Part shown: piece after piece, positions 29,303 to 37,667 of the stretch | How positions within the stretch are numbered: the first letter of the stretch is position 1 | Layout of the letters: every line of letters starts with the position of its first letter | NCBI GenBank assembly: GCA_020633995.1 | Contig: JACKCO010000003.1 | Span: forward strand, 4,441-68,440 | Length of the DNA stretch: 64,000 nt | Direction of reading: 5' to 3' | DNA from: Campylobacterota bacterium | GTDB lineage: Bacteria > Babelota > Babeliae > Babelales > RVW-14 | Notes under the pieces: generated by a model | What the model was told of the DNA's origin: nothing | Database searches by the model: none | Seen by the model: only the letters and a program-made list of their open reading frames with translations | Program-made: the position numbers and the translations under genes

Positions 29303-29668
29303 ATGAATAATACGCTCAAAAAAATATTCTGCTCAAGCATACTCGGGTTGTGCTTGCTCACATCAACCAGCAACGCCGGCTTTGGGGTCTATTTTGGCTC
29401 AGGCAGTTACGCTCACCCATACTATGGCTACTACTATGGTTACCCATCCTACAGCCTTGGCTGCAGCAGATTCTCTTATCCAATTTTCACTAGCTACACT
29501 GTAGACTCATCTTCAATCAGTGACCTCAAGTCTAAGCTGAGCAGCATGATGTCAAAGACAGCCGATTTTGCTGAAAAAGTAAAAAATGATTTGGAGTTTT
29601 TGGACAAACGAATCAAAGGCCTTGAAGAAGGTATGACTAAATTAATTGAAAAGGTAGAAAGTAAGTAA
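29303..29668 (+). CDS. Small secreted protein: Gly/Tyr-rich segment plus C-terminal coiled coil
   Basis: AAGGAG RBS and signal peptide. GFGVYFGSGSYAHPYYGYYYGYPSYS. C-terminal NDLEFLDKRIKGLEEGMTKLIEKVESK. Confidence 0.75.
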   Translation: MNNTLKKIFCSSILGLCLLTSTSNAGFGVYFGSGSYAHPYYGYYYGYPSYSLGCSRFSYPIFTSYTVDSSSISDLKSKLSSMMSKTADFAEKVKNDLEFLDKRIKGLEEGMTKLIEKVESK

Positions 29669-29693
29669 CACCGTCTTCTATCTTTTTAAGAAT

Positions 29694-29725
29694 AGGCCTC
29701 GTTTTTTAACGGGGTCTTTTTTTTT
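29694..29725 (+). terminator. Rho-independent terminator
   Basis: 10-bp stem AGGCCTCGTT/AACGGGGTCT (two G-U pairs) followed by T9. Confidence 0.7.
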
Positions 29726-29875
29726 ATCTGTGACTATCATTTTTTATACGCTAGCAAAAAAAGATAGCTGAGTGCTATAGTTCTTGCAAAAGCTTCCTGC
29801 ATTGCCTACATTGGGTCAATGCTGCTATAAATTCTATGATTTTACAGCAGCATAAAAACTTACAAACATGTTACG

Positions 29876-29953
29876 CGTCGCCCCGGACTTGATCCGGGGG
29901 CCAGAACTAGGCTTCACCTTGATTTAGATCCCGGCCCGCAGGCCGTGATGACG
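29876..29953. repeat. GC-rich structured repeat, copy A (possible small RNA or REP-like element)
   Basis: About 78 nt. Closed by CGTCG...TGACG. Perfect hairpin CCCCGGA-cttga-TCCGGGG and second hairpin CGGCC-cgca-GGCCG. Homologous to 35865-35945. Confidence 0.55.
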
Positions 29954-30028
29954 AGCTAAAAATCATAGCAATATAACAAACTTGAAAAAGAAGAAGAACA
30001 CTGAACTTCCTGATGAAAAGGGATCACT

Positions 30029-31528
30029 ATGAAAAACCTAAAAAACTCACATTTTTTAAGCACTCTGCTTCTAATTCTACTTCTACCAGGCTGCCTACAG
30101 TCATCTGAAAAAATTGAAACAGGCCAGGACCAGGCAGTTCCAGCTGTTGTACTAGGTGGAGGCATTGCCGGCCTGACAGCAGCTGTGTATCTAACCCAGG
30201 CAAATATCCCAACACTTGTAATCGAGGGTCCAAAGCCCGGTGGTGCATTAGCGCAATCACACTCAGTGCGTAACTGGCCGGGGGTGCTCGATGCGCCAGG
30301 AGAACAAATTACAAACAATATCAAAAAGCAGGCTGAAGCCGGAGGCGCACAGATCATGCAGGAACGGGTCATCAGTGTTGACTTCACACAACGCCCGCTA
30401 ACCATAACAACACAAAACATCGCAGATCCGAACAAAAAACGTACCTTTACCACACATACATGCATTATTGCAACAGGTACAGAGCCAAATTTACTTGGAG
30501 TCCCAGGCGAAACTGGCCACGACGGGTACTGGGGACGTGGCGTTAGCAACTGCGCAGTATGTGAAGGGTCTTTGTGCAAAGGTAAAAAAGTTGGCATCGT
30601 TGGTGGCGGTGATGCAGCCATTGTCGAGGCAAACTACCTTGCCGATCTTGCCAGCGACGTTACCATCTTTATTCGCAAAGATCACTTCAGAGCAAAAGAT
30701 GTAAAAGCAAAAGATCGTGCTCTTGCCAACGATCATGTCAAAGTACGCTTTAACACGCGTGTACAAGAAATGCTTGGCAGCCAGACTAAACTGACCAGCG
30801 TCACACTGCAAGACACACAAACGGAACAAACCGAAAACTTCGAACTCGACCAGCTTTTTCTTGCCATCGGCTCACAACCAAACACTGCCCTTTTTAAGGG
30901 CCAGCTTGACATGGACGAACGAGGCTTTCTCAAACTTGTTGATCATCAACAAACCAGCGTGCCAGGAGTCTATGCAGCTGGCGATGTTGCTGACGCAACC
31001 TTTGTCCAAGCTGTTACTGCCTCTGGCGCTGGCTGCAGTGCAGCGCTGATGGCACAAAAATACCTTGAACAACACGAGGTTGACTTACTTAGAGGAGCAC
31101 GAAACTTACAACAAGTAGTATCAGCTCATCCCCGACATTTTCTAAAAAACAAACTTCCAGAAATTGGTAACAAATCAGATTGGCAAAGCCTAGTTATCAA
31201 TGCAAAAAAAATAGTACTCGTCGACGTTTATGCAGACATGTGTACATCATGCAAAGCAATGCTACCGGTCATAGAACAACTTGCATTCAACTACACTCAA
31301 GACCTTAATGTTGTCAAACTCAACATCAGCTCAACAGAACTTGACTGGGCTCAAGCTTTTGAACAACTTGGCGCAAATGAACTTGACTCAGTCCCAACCT
31401 TTCTGCTTGTCAATAACGGCAAACTCGTGGCGCAGCTTGAAGGCGAGCAGCCTAAACGTGCCTTCCAGGATCTTATTGACAAAATTATTGATAAACAGGG
31501 GGGAATAGATACACAAACCGAAATCTAA
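30029..31528 (+). CDS. trxB: Thioredoxin reductase fused to a C-terminal thioredoxin-fold domain, with an N-terminal lipobox-like signal
   Basis: LLLILLLPGC signal. GGGIAGLTAA FAD site. Redox CAVCEG. GIVGGGDAA NADPH site. GDVAD. C-terminal Trx fold with CTSC and cis-Pro SVPTF. Confidence 0.85.
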   Translation: MKNLKNSHFLSTLLLILLLPGCLQSSEKIETGQDQAVPAVVLGGGIAGLTAAVYLTQANIPTLVIEGPKPGGALAQSHSVRNWPGVLDAPGEQITNNIKKQAEAGGAQIMQERVISVDFTQRPLTITTQNIADPNKKRTFTTHTCIIATGTEPNLLGVPGETGHDGYWGRGVSNCAVCEGSLCKGKKVGIVGGGDAAIVEANYLADLASDVTIFIRKDHFRAKDVKAKDRALANDHVKVRFNTRVQEMLGSQTKLTSVTLQDTQTEQTENFELDQLFLAIGSQPNTALFKGQLDMDERGFLKLVDHQQTSVPGVYAAGDVADATFVQAVTASGAGCSAALMAQKYLEQHEVDLLRGARNLQQVVSAHPRHFLKNKLPEIGNKSDWQSLVINAKKIVLVDVYADMCTSCKAMLPVIEQLAFNYTQDLNVVKLNISSTELDWAQAFEQLGANELDSVPTFLLVNNGKLVAQLEGEQPKRAFQDLIDKIIDKQGGIDTQTEI

Positions 31529-31557
31529 AAACCCATCAAAAAACGCCAAAATAATTT

Positions 31558-31600
31558 TTTTTGCTTTTCATTTCTTTGTCTATAGACTAGTCCTACTTTT
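31558..31600 (+). promoter_or_regulatory. Conserved upstream motif of the ATAD3-like operon 1 (palindrome TCTATAGA)
   Basis: TTTGCttttCATTTCT..TCTATAGACTAgtCCTACTTTT. A homologous string lies at 36037-36077. Confidence 0.45.
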
Positions 31601-31653
31601 TTTAAAATTCAAAAAAGCTTGATTACCATATAAAAAAACAATCGGGAAGGTTC

Positions 31654-34164
31654 ATGCAAAAAACGTACAAAGCACTTTTTGCTTGCCTCTTTTTTAGTTT
31701 TCTATCACTAAGCAAAGCCTTTTGTGCTGAAAGAAAGAAGCCACACACTGCAACGCCAATTACAAATGCTTTTACCGCTTGGGCTAAAGACTCGGCAAAA
31801 AGTCTCATTTCCAAGGATAATGAAGCTGAAGGCACAAGCTATGAAGATGTCCAGACAATAATAGGACAACAAACCCCCGCAAGCTTGATTGAGGAAATTA
31901 AGCAGCATGCTCGCTCAGGTAGGACTATTTCTGAAGAAGATCGAAACAAGTTCAAGCAAGAACTTGCAAAAGATGGCTTGGGTGTCTTATTACTCTTGGC
32001 TTGGGACAAATTAGAAAATTTAGACGAAACAACGGTAGCAACATTAGTCCCCTATCTTGAAAAAATCTCAGCCCCACTTGGCGACGGCTCAAGCTACAAA
32101 ATTGCTGAAAAACTCCCCTCACTGCAACGCACCTTAACAAGGTTATCACAAGAAAGCGTCGAGAATAAAGCCTTAATCGCACAGTTTATACAGGAATTGT
32201 ATCAAACAACACCTCTGTGTGGTGACGCAAAAAAAGCAAAAAAATTACCCGAAGGCCAAACACCAGCTCTGGCACGATACACATTAAAAGAATTGTGCGA
32301 TAAAGCTGCTGAAGTCGGCTTAAATCGCACAACCCTTGCAGACACAATTGCTGAGCTTGATTTAGACGACTTTGCACAAATTGCTGTAGGTAAAGAACTG
32401 GCACGGGAAATAGGAAAAATTAGTTCTGCCGATCTCAAGAATCCCCATAAGCGAAATGAATTAAAAGAAAAACTAGAAAAACGCAAACAAGAACTTGAAG
32501 TGGACCTTAAGCCAATTTGGGAACAAGAAAAGCAAGTCGATGATAAGATCAAACAAGCAGTCACTGAACAAAGACAGCTAAAAAAAAGAATTGAAAGTCT
32601 CAAGAGAGAAGCTAACAGGCTAAGATGGCAAACATGGAGGAGTAGAGATTCGCAACCTATAAGAGACAGAATTAATGAAATTGATTCGCGTGATATACCT
32701 GAATGCGAGCGTGAAATTGCCAGTCTCGAGAGGCAGCTGAATGGAAACGGGTGGGAGGAAGGCTTAAAATCCACGGCCAAAAGACTCTCAGAGCAAGAAC
32801 CTAGAGCTCGAGCCCTTTTAAGCCAAATTGGCTCTTTCGAACAATATATAGACCTTGAAAAAAGAAAGGCTATAAAAGAAAGCGTCATCCAGTTTATCAG
32901 ACCAGCAGAACCAGAAGACCCAAAAGCCTTGGATTGCTCGATAACTGAGGAAGAAGAAAAAGAAATTAAGCAGCTGCTTAAAGAGTGTAACAAAGATCTT
33001 CGTCAAGAAATTGATGATCTTATCACCAATAAAAAACAACAAGATTTTAATAACACCACGCTTGCAAGCCTCACACTAGAAGATGACAATGCGAGTTTGC
33101 GCTTAGCGCTTAAAAACAGTGATCTACTCAAGGCTGGTTTTTTGGGCGCTGAAGTATGCACTGCATTTTTTGCTTTTAAAAAATACGTCGCACTCCTCGA
33201 CCAACACTTTCTATCAAAACTGCAGTCAATGCCAGACGATGTTTTAGATAACCTTGCAAGACTAGCTGAACTGCAAGAAGAAGAGTTTCAGATTGATTTT
33301 TATAACACTGAACGCTTATTGTTAGCGACGAAAATGCTTTCCTACTTCGAAGTTCCTCCGCTTTCGTATCAAATGATTTTTATCGGTGCAAGCAGTATTT
33401 TACAAACAATATTACTTGAACGCTCAGAACAGCGCCAGAAAGATGCCCTTGTCGATCGTCTTGGACAAGCCGCAGGTAAGAATAAACTCATGGCAGCCTC
33501 AATCAAAAGCATTATGGATGGGAAATTGGACATAGTGAGCAAGGACTCATTTAAAACATTAGCCCAATATGGCATGCCAAACCTGCTCCCTAACTCTAGC
33601 TTTGATGATAAAGCCATAGAAATTTCACTTTTCGATCTGTTTGAAATCATAAACCCCTTGTTTTTATGGCCAGACAAAATTGTCTATCGATCATGGAAGC
33701 AGATCAACAGCATTCTTTTATTTGGACTTCAAATATGGGAGCAAGCTGAGCAAGACAAAGACTTTCTTTCTTCTTTCACTCCCTACTTGCTTTCTCTGGC
33801 CGAAATGGCACTTTCAGACAGAGCTGGTGATGTATTACAAACATGGGGATTTTTGAAAGCAGCAGAACAACATAATCAACGTTGTAGCACAGCACTTATC
33901 AACCATATACTGAAAAATTATGCCGGCTACAAAGAGTTTTTACAAAAGCAATCTGTTGTTGACCACAAACAAAGAAGCCTGGCAAAAAAACACTTTATTA
34001 AAGCAGTTGAAAAAACCACACATGTTCCATTTATGACCTGGTTTACTCAATATAACTTGCAAGCAACAGGTCATCGAAACCAAGGGAATCTTTTAGCTAC
34101 CCTTATTTTATTTGGATTGATAGCAAAAAATATTTATAAATATAAGACCAGCAACGGAAGGTAA
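31654..34164 (+). CDS. Large signal-peptide, coiled-coil, tail-anchored protein; partner of ATAD3-like ATPase 1
   Basis: 836 aa. Signal peptide. A highly charged heptad-rich region (about 32400-32900). The C-terminal 400 aa are homologous to ORF 37668-38975. Terminal TM LLATLILFGLIA. The stop is 3 nt before the next ATG. Confidence 0.85.
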   Translation: MQKTYKALFACLFFSFLSLSKAFCAERKKPHTATPITNAFTAWAKDSAKSLISKDNEAEGTSYEDVQTIIGQQTPASLIEEIKQHARSGRTISEEDRNKFKQELAKDGLGVLLLLAWDKLENLDETTVATLVPYLEKISAPLGDGSSYKIAEKLPSLQRTLTRLSQESVENKALIAQFIQELYQTTPLCGDAKKAKKLPEGQTPALARYTLKELCDKAAEVGLNRTTLADTIAELDLDDFAQIAVGKELAREIGKISSADLKNPHKRNELKEKLEKRKQELEVDLKPIWEQEKQVDDKIKQAVTEQRQLKKRIESLKREANRLRWQTWRSRDSQPIRDRINEIDSRDIPECEREIASLERQLNGNGWEEGLKSTAKRLSEQEPRARALLSQIGSFEQYIDLEKRKAIKESVIQFIRPAEPEDPKALDCSITEEEEKEIKQLLKECNKDLRQEIDDLITNKKQQDFNNTTLASLTLEDDNASLRLALKNSDLLKAGFLGAEVCTAFFAFKKYVALLDQHFLSKLQSMPDDVLDNLARLAELQEEEFQIDFYNTERLLLATKMLSYFEVPPLSYQMIFIGASSILQTILLERSEQRQKDALVDRLGQAAGKNKLMAASIKSIMDGKLDIVSKDSFKTLAQYGMPNLLPNSSFDDKAIEISLFDLFEIINPLFLWPDKIVYRSWKQINSILLFGLQIWEQAEQDKDFLSSFTPYLLSLAEMALSDRAGDVLQTWGFLKAAEQHNQRCSTALINHILKNYAGYKEFLQKQSVVDHKQRSLAKKHFIKAVEKTTHVPFMTWFTQYNLQATGHRNQGNLLATLILFGLIAKNIYKYKTSNGR

Positions 34165-34167
34165 AAA

Positions 34168-35763
34168 ATGAAAAAAAGTCTAAGAATTATTTGCATACTT
34201 GCTCTCTCATTTACATCTCCACTGTTTTGCGCAGATAACAGTGCCTTTTGGAAAGCTATTGGAAAGACTGTAGGCAAAGTCATTGATGCTGGTGTAGAGG
34301 CTGCTGAAAAAATGACTCAGGGTCCTCAGGATCAAATTGATAGATTAAATAGAGAAATAGATAAACTCAAGCATGAAGCCGCAACTCTTACAGAAGGAAC
34401 GCCAGCACACAACAACGTTCTAGAGCAAATAACATTAAAAATGGCTGAGATTAAAACTCACCAAAATAATTTAGCTCAACGCAGCGGAATGGTAAATACA
34501 ATGATGGGCTCTTTAACGCAGGCGGCATCATCAAAAATTAACGACCTTGAAAAAGAGCGTGATAATCAGCGTGAAATTACAAAGCAAGTAGCTATCGCTA
34601 AGAAAAAACAAGAACTTAAGCAACAAGGCGCTATGGAGCGTTTGCAGTTTTTCCTCCAACCTCAAAACCTGAGCCGAATTGCATTTCTTACAGGTATGAC
34701 TGGTGGCGCACTCATTGGAACGTACTTTATGACTAAGTTTTTATACGTTTATCTTGAAAAACAAATCGGCCGACCAAAGCTTGTACGTGAGTCATCAATC
34801 TATGACCACACCCTCTGGACAATGTTTAAAGAAGTTATGGGCATTGAAGTTAAAGCAATGAAAGATGAAATCTTTTCATTTGACAACTTGATTATGGACC
34901 CAGAACTCACACGCAAACTCAAACTCTTTGCCGACATGACCAAAAACAAACGCTCCATTGGTCTGCCGTACCAACACCTTATGCTGTACGGTAAGCCAGG
35001 AACGGGTAAAACTATGTTTGCTCGAATTTTGTCGTACCACTCAGGCATGGACTACGCCATTATGTCTGGCGCTGATTTTGCACAGTTTAAAGAAGGTGAA
35101 GACATCACTGAACTGCACAACCTGTTTGACTGGGCTGAACAAAGCAGTAAAGACGGCCTGATCATTTTCATCGACGAAGCGGACGCGGCACTCAGAAGCC
35201 GTAGAGAACTTAGTGAACGCGGTGTTAAGCTTGTTAACGCATTCCTTTCGCGCACAGGTACTAGCTCTAAGCACTTCATGCTTATTTTTGCAACTAACTA
35301 CCCTGATGACATTGATGCTGCAGTACTTAGCCGTGTTAACAAAAAAATCAACATTCCGCTTCCAGGGCACAATGAACTGATCGGGATTTTGAACTTGTAC
35401 ATGAAAAAATACCTTATCGACGACATTCGCGTCATCACCATCGATGATGAAAAACAAGAATGTGGTCTTGAACTTGATCCTGAAATCACTGCTCCAGAGT
35501 TTGTTTCTTTTGTTGCAAAGCAGATGAAAGGTTTTTCTGGTCGTGAAGTTGAACAGTTTGTTGATGAGGTACGTTCATGCGCTTACGCTACTCCAGACCT
35601 AACGCTTACAAAAGCATTGTTTGTTGACTGCATGCACGATAAGGTTGCGCAACACAAAAATGCTTCACGTTGGGACAAAGCAGGGCAGGCATCGTTTGAA
35701 CAGCATGTTTATAGTGAGCCCAGCGCTACTACAACAACACCCGTAGCCGCAGCTGCTGCATAA
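34168..35763 (+). CDS. ATAD3-like AAA+ ATPase 1 (signal peptide, coiled coil, TM, AAA)
   Basis: IGRPKLVRESS after the TM helix. LMLYGKPGTGKTMFARILSYHSGMDYAIMSGADF, LFDWAEQSSKDGLIIFIDEADA, NAFLSRTGTSSKHFMLIFATNYP, KGFSGREV. Confidence 0.9.
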   Translation: MKKSLRIICILALSFTSPLFCADNSAFWKAIGKTVGKVIDAGVEAAEKMTQGPQDQIDRLNREIDKLKHEAATLTEGTPAHNNVLEQITLKMAEIKTHQNNLAQRSGMVNTMMGSLTQAASSKINDLEKERDNQREITKQVAIAKKKQELKQQGAMERLQFFLQPQNLSRIAFLTGMTGGALIGTYFMTKFLYVYLEKQIGRPKLVRESSIYDHTLWTMFKEVMGIEVKAMKDEIFSFDNLIMDPELTRKLKLFADMTKNKRSIGLPYQHLMLYGKPGTGKTMFARILSYHSGMDYAIMSGADFAQFKEGEDITELHNLFDWAEQSSKDGLIIFIDEADAALRSRRELSERGVKLVNAFLSRTGTSSKHFMLIFATNYPDDIDAAVLSRVNKKINIPLPGHNELIGILNLYMKKYLIDDIRVITIDDEKQECGLELDPEITAPEFVSFVAKQMKGFSGREVEQFVDEVRSCAYATPDLTLTKALFVDCMHDKVAQHKNASRWDKAGQASFEQHVYSEPSATTTTPVAAAAA

Positions 35764-35786
35764 ATAATCAGAGCTAACTAGTTGAG

Positions 35787-35825
35787 CAGCCCTCCAAATT
35801 GATCATGGAGGGCTGCTTTTTTTTG
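35787..35825 (+). terminator. Rho-independent terminator
   Basis: GCAGCCCTCC-aaattgatcat-GGAGGGCTGC followed by T8. Confidence 0.85.
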
Positions 35826-35864
35826 ATGTCCTAAACCCTCGTTACAACACTATTTTTTCAGAGG

Positions 35865-35945
35865 CGTCATCTCTGACTCCGATCGGGGATCCACGATTAG
35901 GCTTGGTCTTTGGGAATTGCCCCTGGATCAGAGTCCAGGGTGACG
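35865..35945. repeat. GC-rich structured repeat, copy B
   Basis: Closed by CGTCA...TGACG. Hairpin CCCTGGA-tcagag-TCCAGGG shows compensatory changes relative to copy A. Shares TAGGCTT. Confidence 0.55.
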
Positions 35946-36036
35946 AGATTGAAAAGTCAAATACACCTTATTTTAAATACAGCTAGTAAAAACATTACTT
36001 ACTCAACAACTAACTTTTTGCACACTTTCAAGCGAT

Positions 36037-36077
36037 TTTGCATTTCTGGCCGTTATCTATAGACTATTGCTACTTTT
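36037..36077 (+). promoter_or_regulatory. Conserved upstream motif of the ATAD3-like operon 2
   Basis: TTTGCATTTCTggccgttaTCTATAGACTAttGCTACTTTT, homologous to 31558-31600. Confidence 0.45.
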
Positions 36078-36170
36078 GACTTCAAGGCCGCACAATGGCT
36101 CGATAGGCAACGTATATTTAAGATCTACTAATCAATTTAATGTATAAAATATATAAAATAGAGAAATCGT

Positions 36171-37634
36171 ATGAATATAAAAAAAACAATTTTGTTTAGT
36201 ATACTTTGTGCAGTCGCCTTTACCGGTACAACATCAGTTGTTGGCTTTGAAAGAATCCCGGACTCAGTTTGGCAAGTGCGTCTCAAAACGAAAGAAGAGT
36301 TTGTCAAAGAATATCACTTAAAAGTGTTAGAGCTTTCAAAAAAGCAAAATCGCACAGATGCAGAAGAAGTCGAACTGGCAAGCGCAAAAAGAATGCACGA
36401 ACACTACGAAGACGAGGTCAAACAATACAAAAAAATTGCAGCAAGCGGTATGGACGACGATCTCGAGCGGGACAGAAGAAGGGCTCAAAATCAAGATGCT
36501 GCTGATGCATTTGCTGACAAATACTTTAGAACAGACAATTTACTTAAAACCGGCGCTCTTATCACCATGACCGGGGGTGGCCTATTTTTGCTCTACCACC
36601 TATCAAAGTTCGTCAATCACTACCTAGAAACAAAGCTTGGCAAACCAAAGTTGGTTAGAGAAACTTCCATGCACAGCCAGAGCGTATGGAGCATGATTGC
36701 AAAAACTTTTGGCTATGAAATGGCCATTACACCAGACAAGCTCTACACGTTTGACAATATCATCTTCCCCCCAAATCTTTTCAAAACACTTAAATCATTT
36801 GCAGACATGACCAAAACAAAGCATGAAGTTGATCTACCCTACCAAAACCTGCTTCTGTACGGACCGCCTGGTACAGGTAAAACATTGTTTGCAAAAACAT
36901 TAGCATACTATGCAAATGTTGACTACGCCCTGGTAAAAGGTCCTGACTTTTTTCAATTTGAAGAAGGCCAAGACATTCTCGAATTTAACAACCTGATGGA
37001 CTGGGCTGAACAAAGCGAGCGTGGCATGATTATTTTTATCGACGAAGCAGATGCTGTGTATGGCAGCCGAACGGCTGGAAACCACAGAGAGCGTCGTCTA
37101 GTTGAAGCATTTTTGTCTCGCGTTGAAAAGGGGCACAAAAAATTTATGTTTGTGTTTGCGACCAATCACCCAAGCAGCCTTGATGAGGCAGTACTTGACC
37201 GTATTCATCAAAAAATACCGGTGGCGCTACCTGGAGAAAGTGAGCGCCTGAGAATGCTTAAACTCTACATCAAGCAGTATTTGAGAGAAGATGTACGCCA
37301 GATTTTGATTGAAGGCAAACGCCAAGAATGCGGACTTAACGTCTCACGTAAGATAAACGACGAGTTCTTACAAGGCATTGCCCAACAGTTGGAAGGCTTT
37401 TCTGGCCGTAACATTAACGATCTTGTCGATGATGTTAGGTCACATGCTTATGCCACAACGCACAAGAGTGTTACCCCAGAACTGTTCAGCTTGGTCACTA
37501 AAGAACGCATTAGGCAACATCAGTCCAAACAAAATTGGGAAACAAAGCCAGAATATTTTGATCCAGACAAGCTCAACGAGCTGGGCATAACCCCAGAGCA
37601 AGCAGCTGAACCAACAGCAGCCCCAGCTGCATAA
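36171..37634 (+). CDS. ATAD3-like AAA+ ATPase 2
   Basis: Signal peptide and a charged helical region. TM LITMTGGGLFLLYHL, LGKPKLVRETS, LLLYGPPGTGKTLFAKTLAYYANVDYALVKG, MIIFIDEADA, EAFLSRVEKGHKKFMFVFATNHP, EGFSGRNI. Confidence 0.9.
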   Translation: MNIKKTILFSILCAVAFTGTTSVVGFERIPDSVWQVRLKTKEEFVKEYHLKVLELSKKQNRTDAEEVELASAKRMHEHYEDEVKQYKKIAASGMDDDLERDRRRAQNQDAADAFADKYFRTDNLLKTGALITMTGGGLFLLYHLSKFVNHYLETKLGKPKLVRETSMHSQSVWSMIAKTFGYEMAITPDKLYTFDNIIFPPNLFKTLKSFADMTKTKHEVDLPYQNLLLYGPPGTGKTLFAKTLAYYANVDYALVKGPDFFQFEEGQDILEFNNLMDWAEQSERGMIIFIDEADAVYGSRTAGNHRERRLVEAFLSRVEKGHKKFMFVFATNHPSSLDEAVLDRIHQKIPVALPGESERLRMLKLYIKQYLREDVRQILIEGKRQECGLNVSRKINDEFLQGIAQQLEGFSGRNINDLVDDVRSHAYATTHKSVTPELFSLVTKERIRQHQSKQNWETKPEYFDPDKLNELGITPEQAAEPTAAPAA

Positions 37635-37667
37635 ACAACAAGCTTTTGATGAGGGTGGAACTAATGA

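Noticed and set aside
29876-29953. Possibility that the GC-rich elements are tRNA, tmRNA, SRP or 6S RNA genes
   Set aside because: There is no cloverleaf, no T-loop GTTCRANYC and no SRP GGAA/AGCA motifs. The elements are too short for tmRNA, RNase P or 6S RNA. They are kept as an unassigned structured repeat.
29956-30621. 221-aa minus-strand ORF
   Set aside because: It is antisense to the well-supported TrxR gene. It has Pro/Ser/Cys-rich composition, no RBS and no motifs.
32202-32993. 263-aa minus-strand ORF, Ser/Leu-rich
   Set aside because: It is antisense to the purine-rich coiled-coil coding region of 31654-34164. The low-complexity reverse frame has no start signals.
29876-35945. Composite transposon or IS interpretation of the bracketed 5.9-kb block
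   Set aside because: There is no transposase, integrase or recombinase ORF inside or nearby, and I could see no target-site duplication. It is reported only as a repeat pair.
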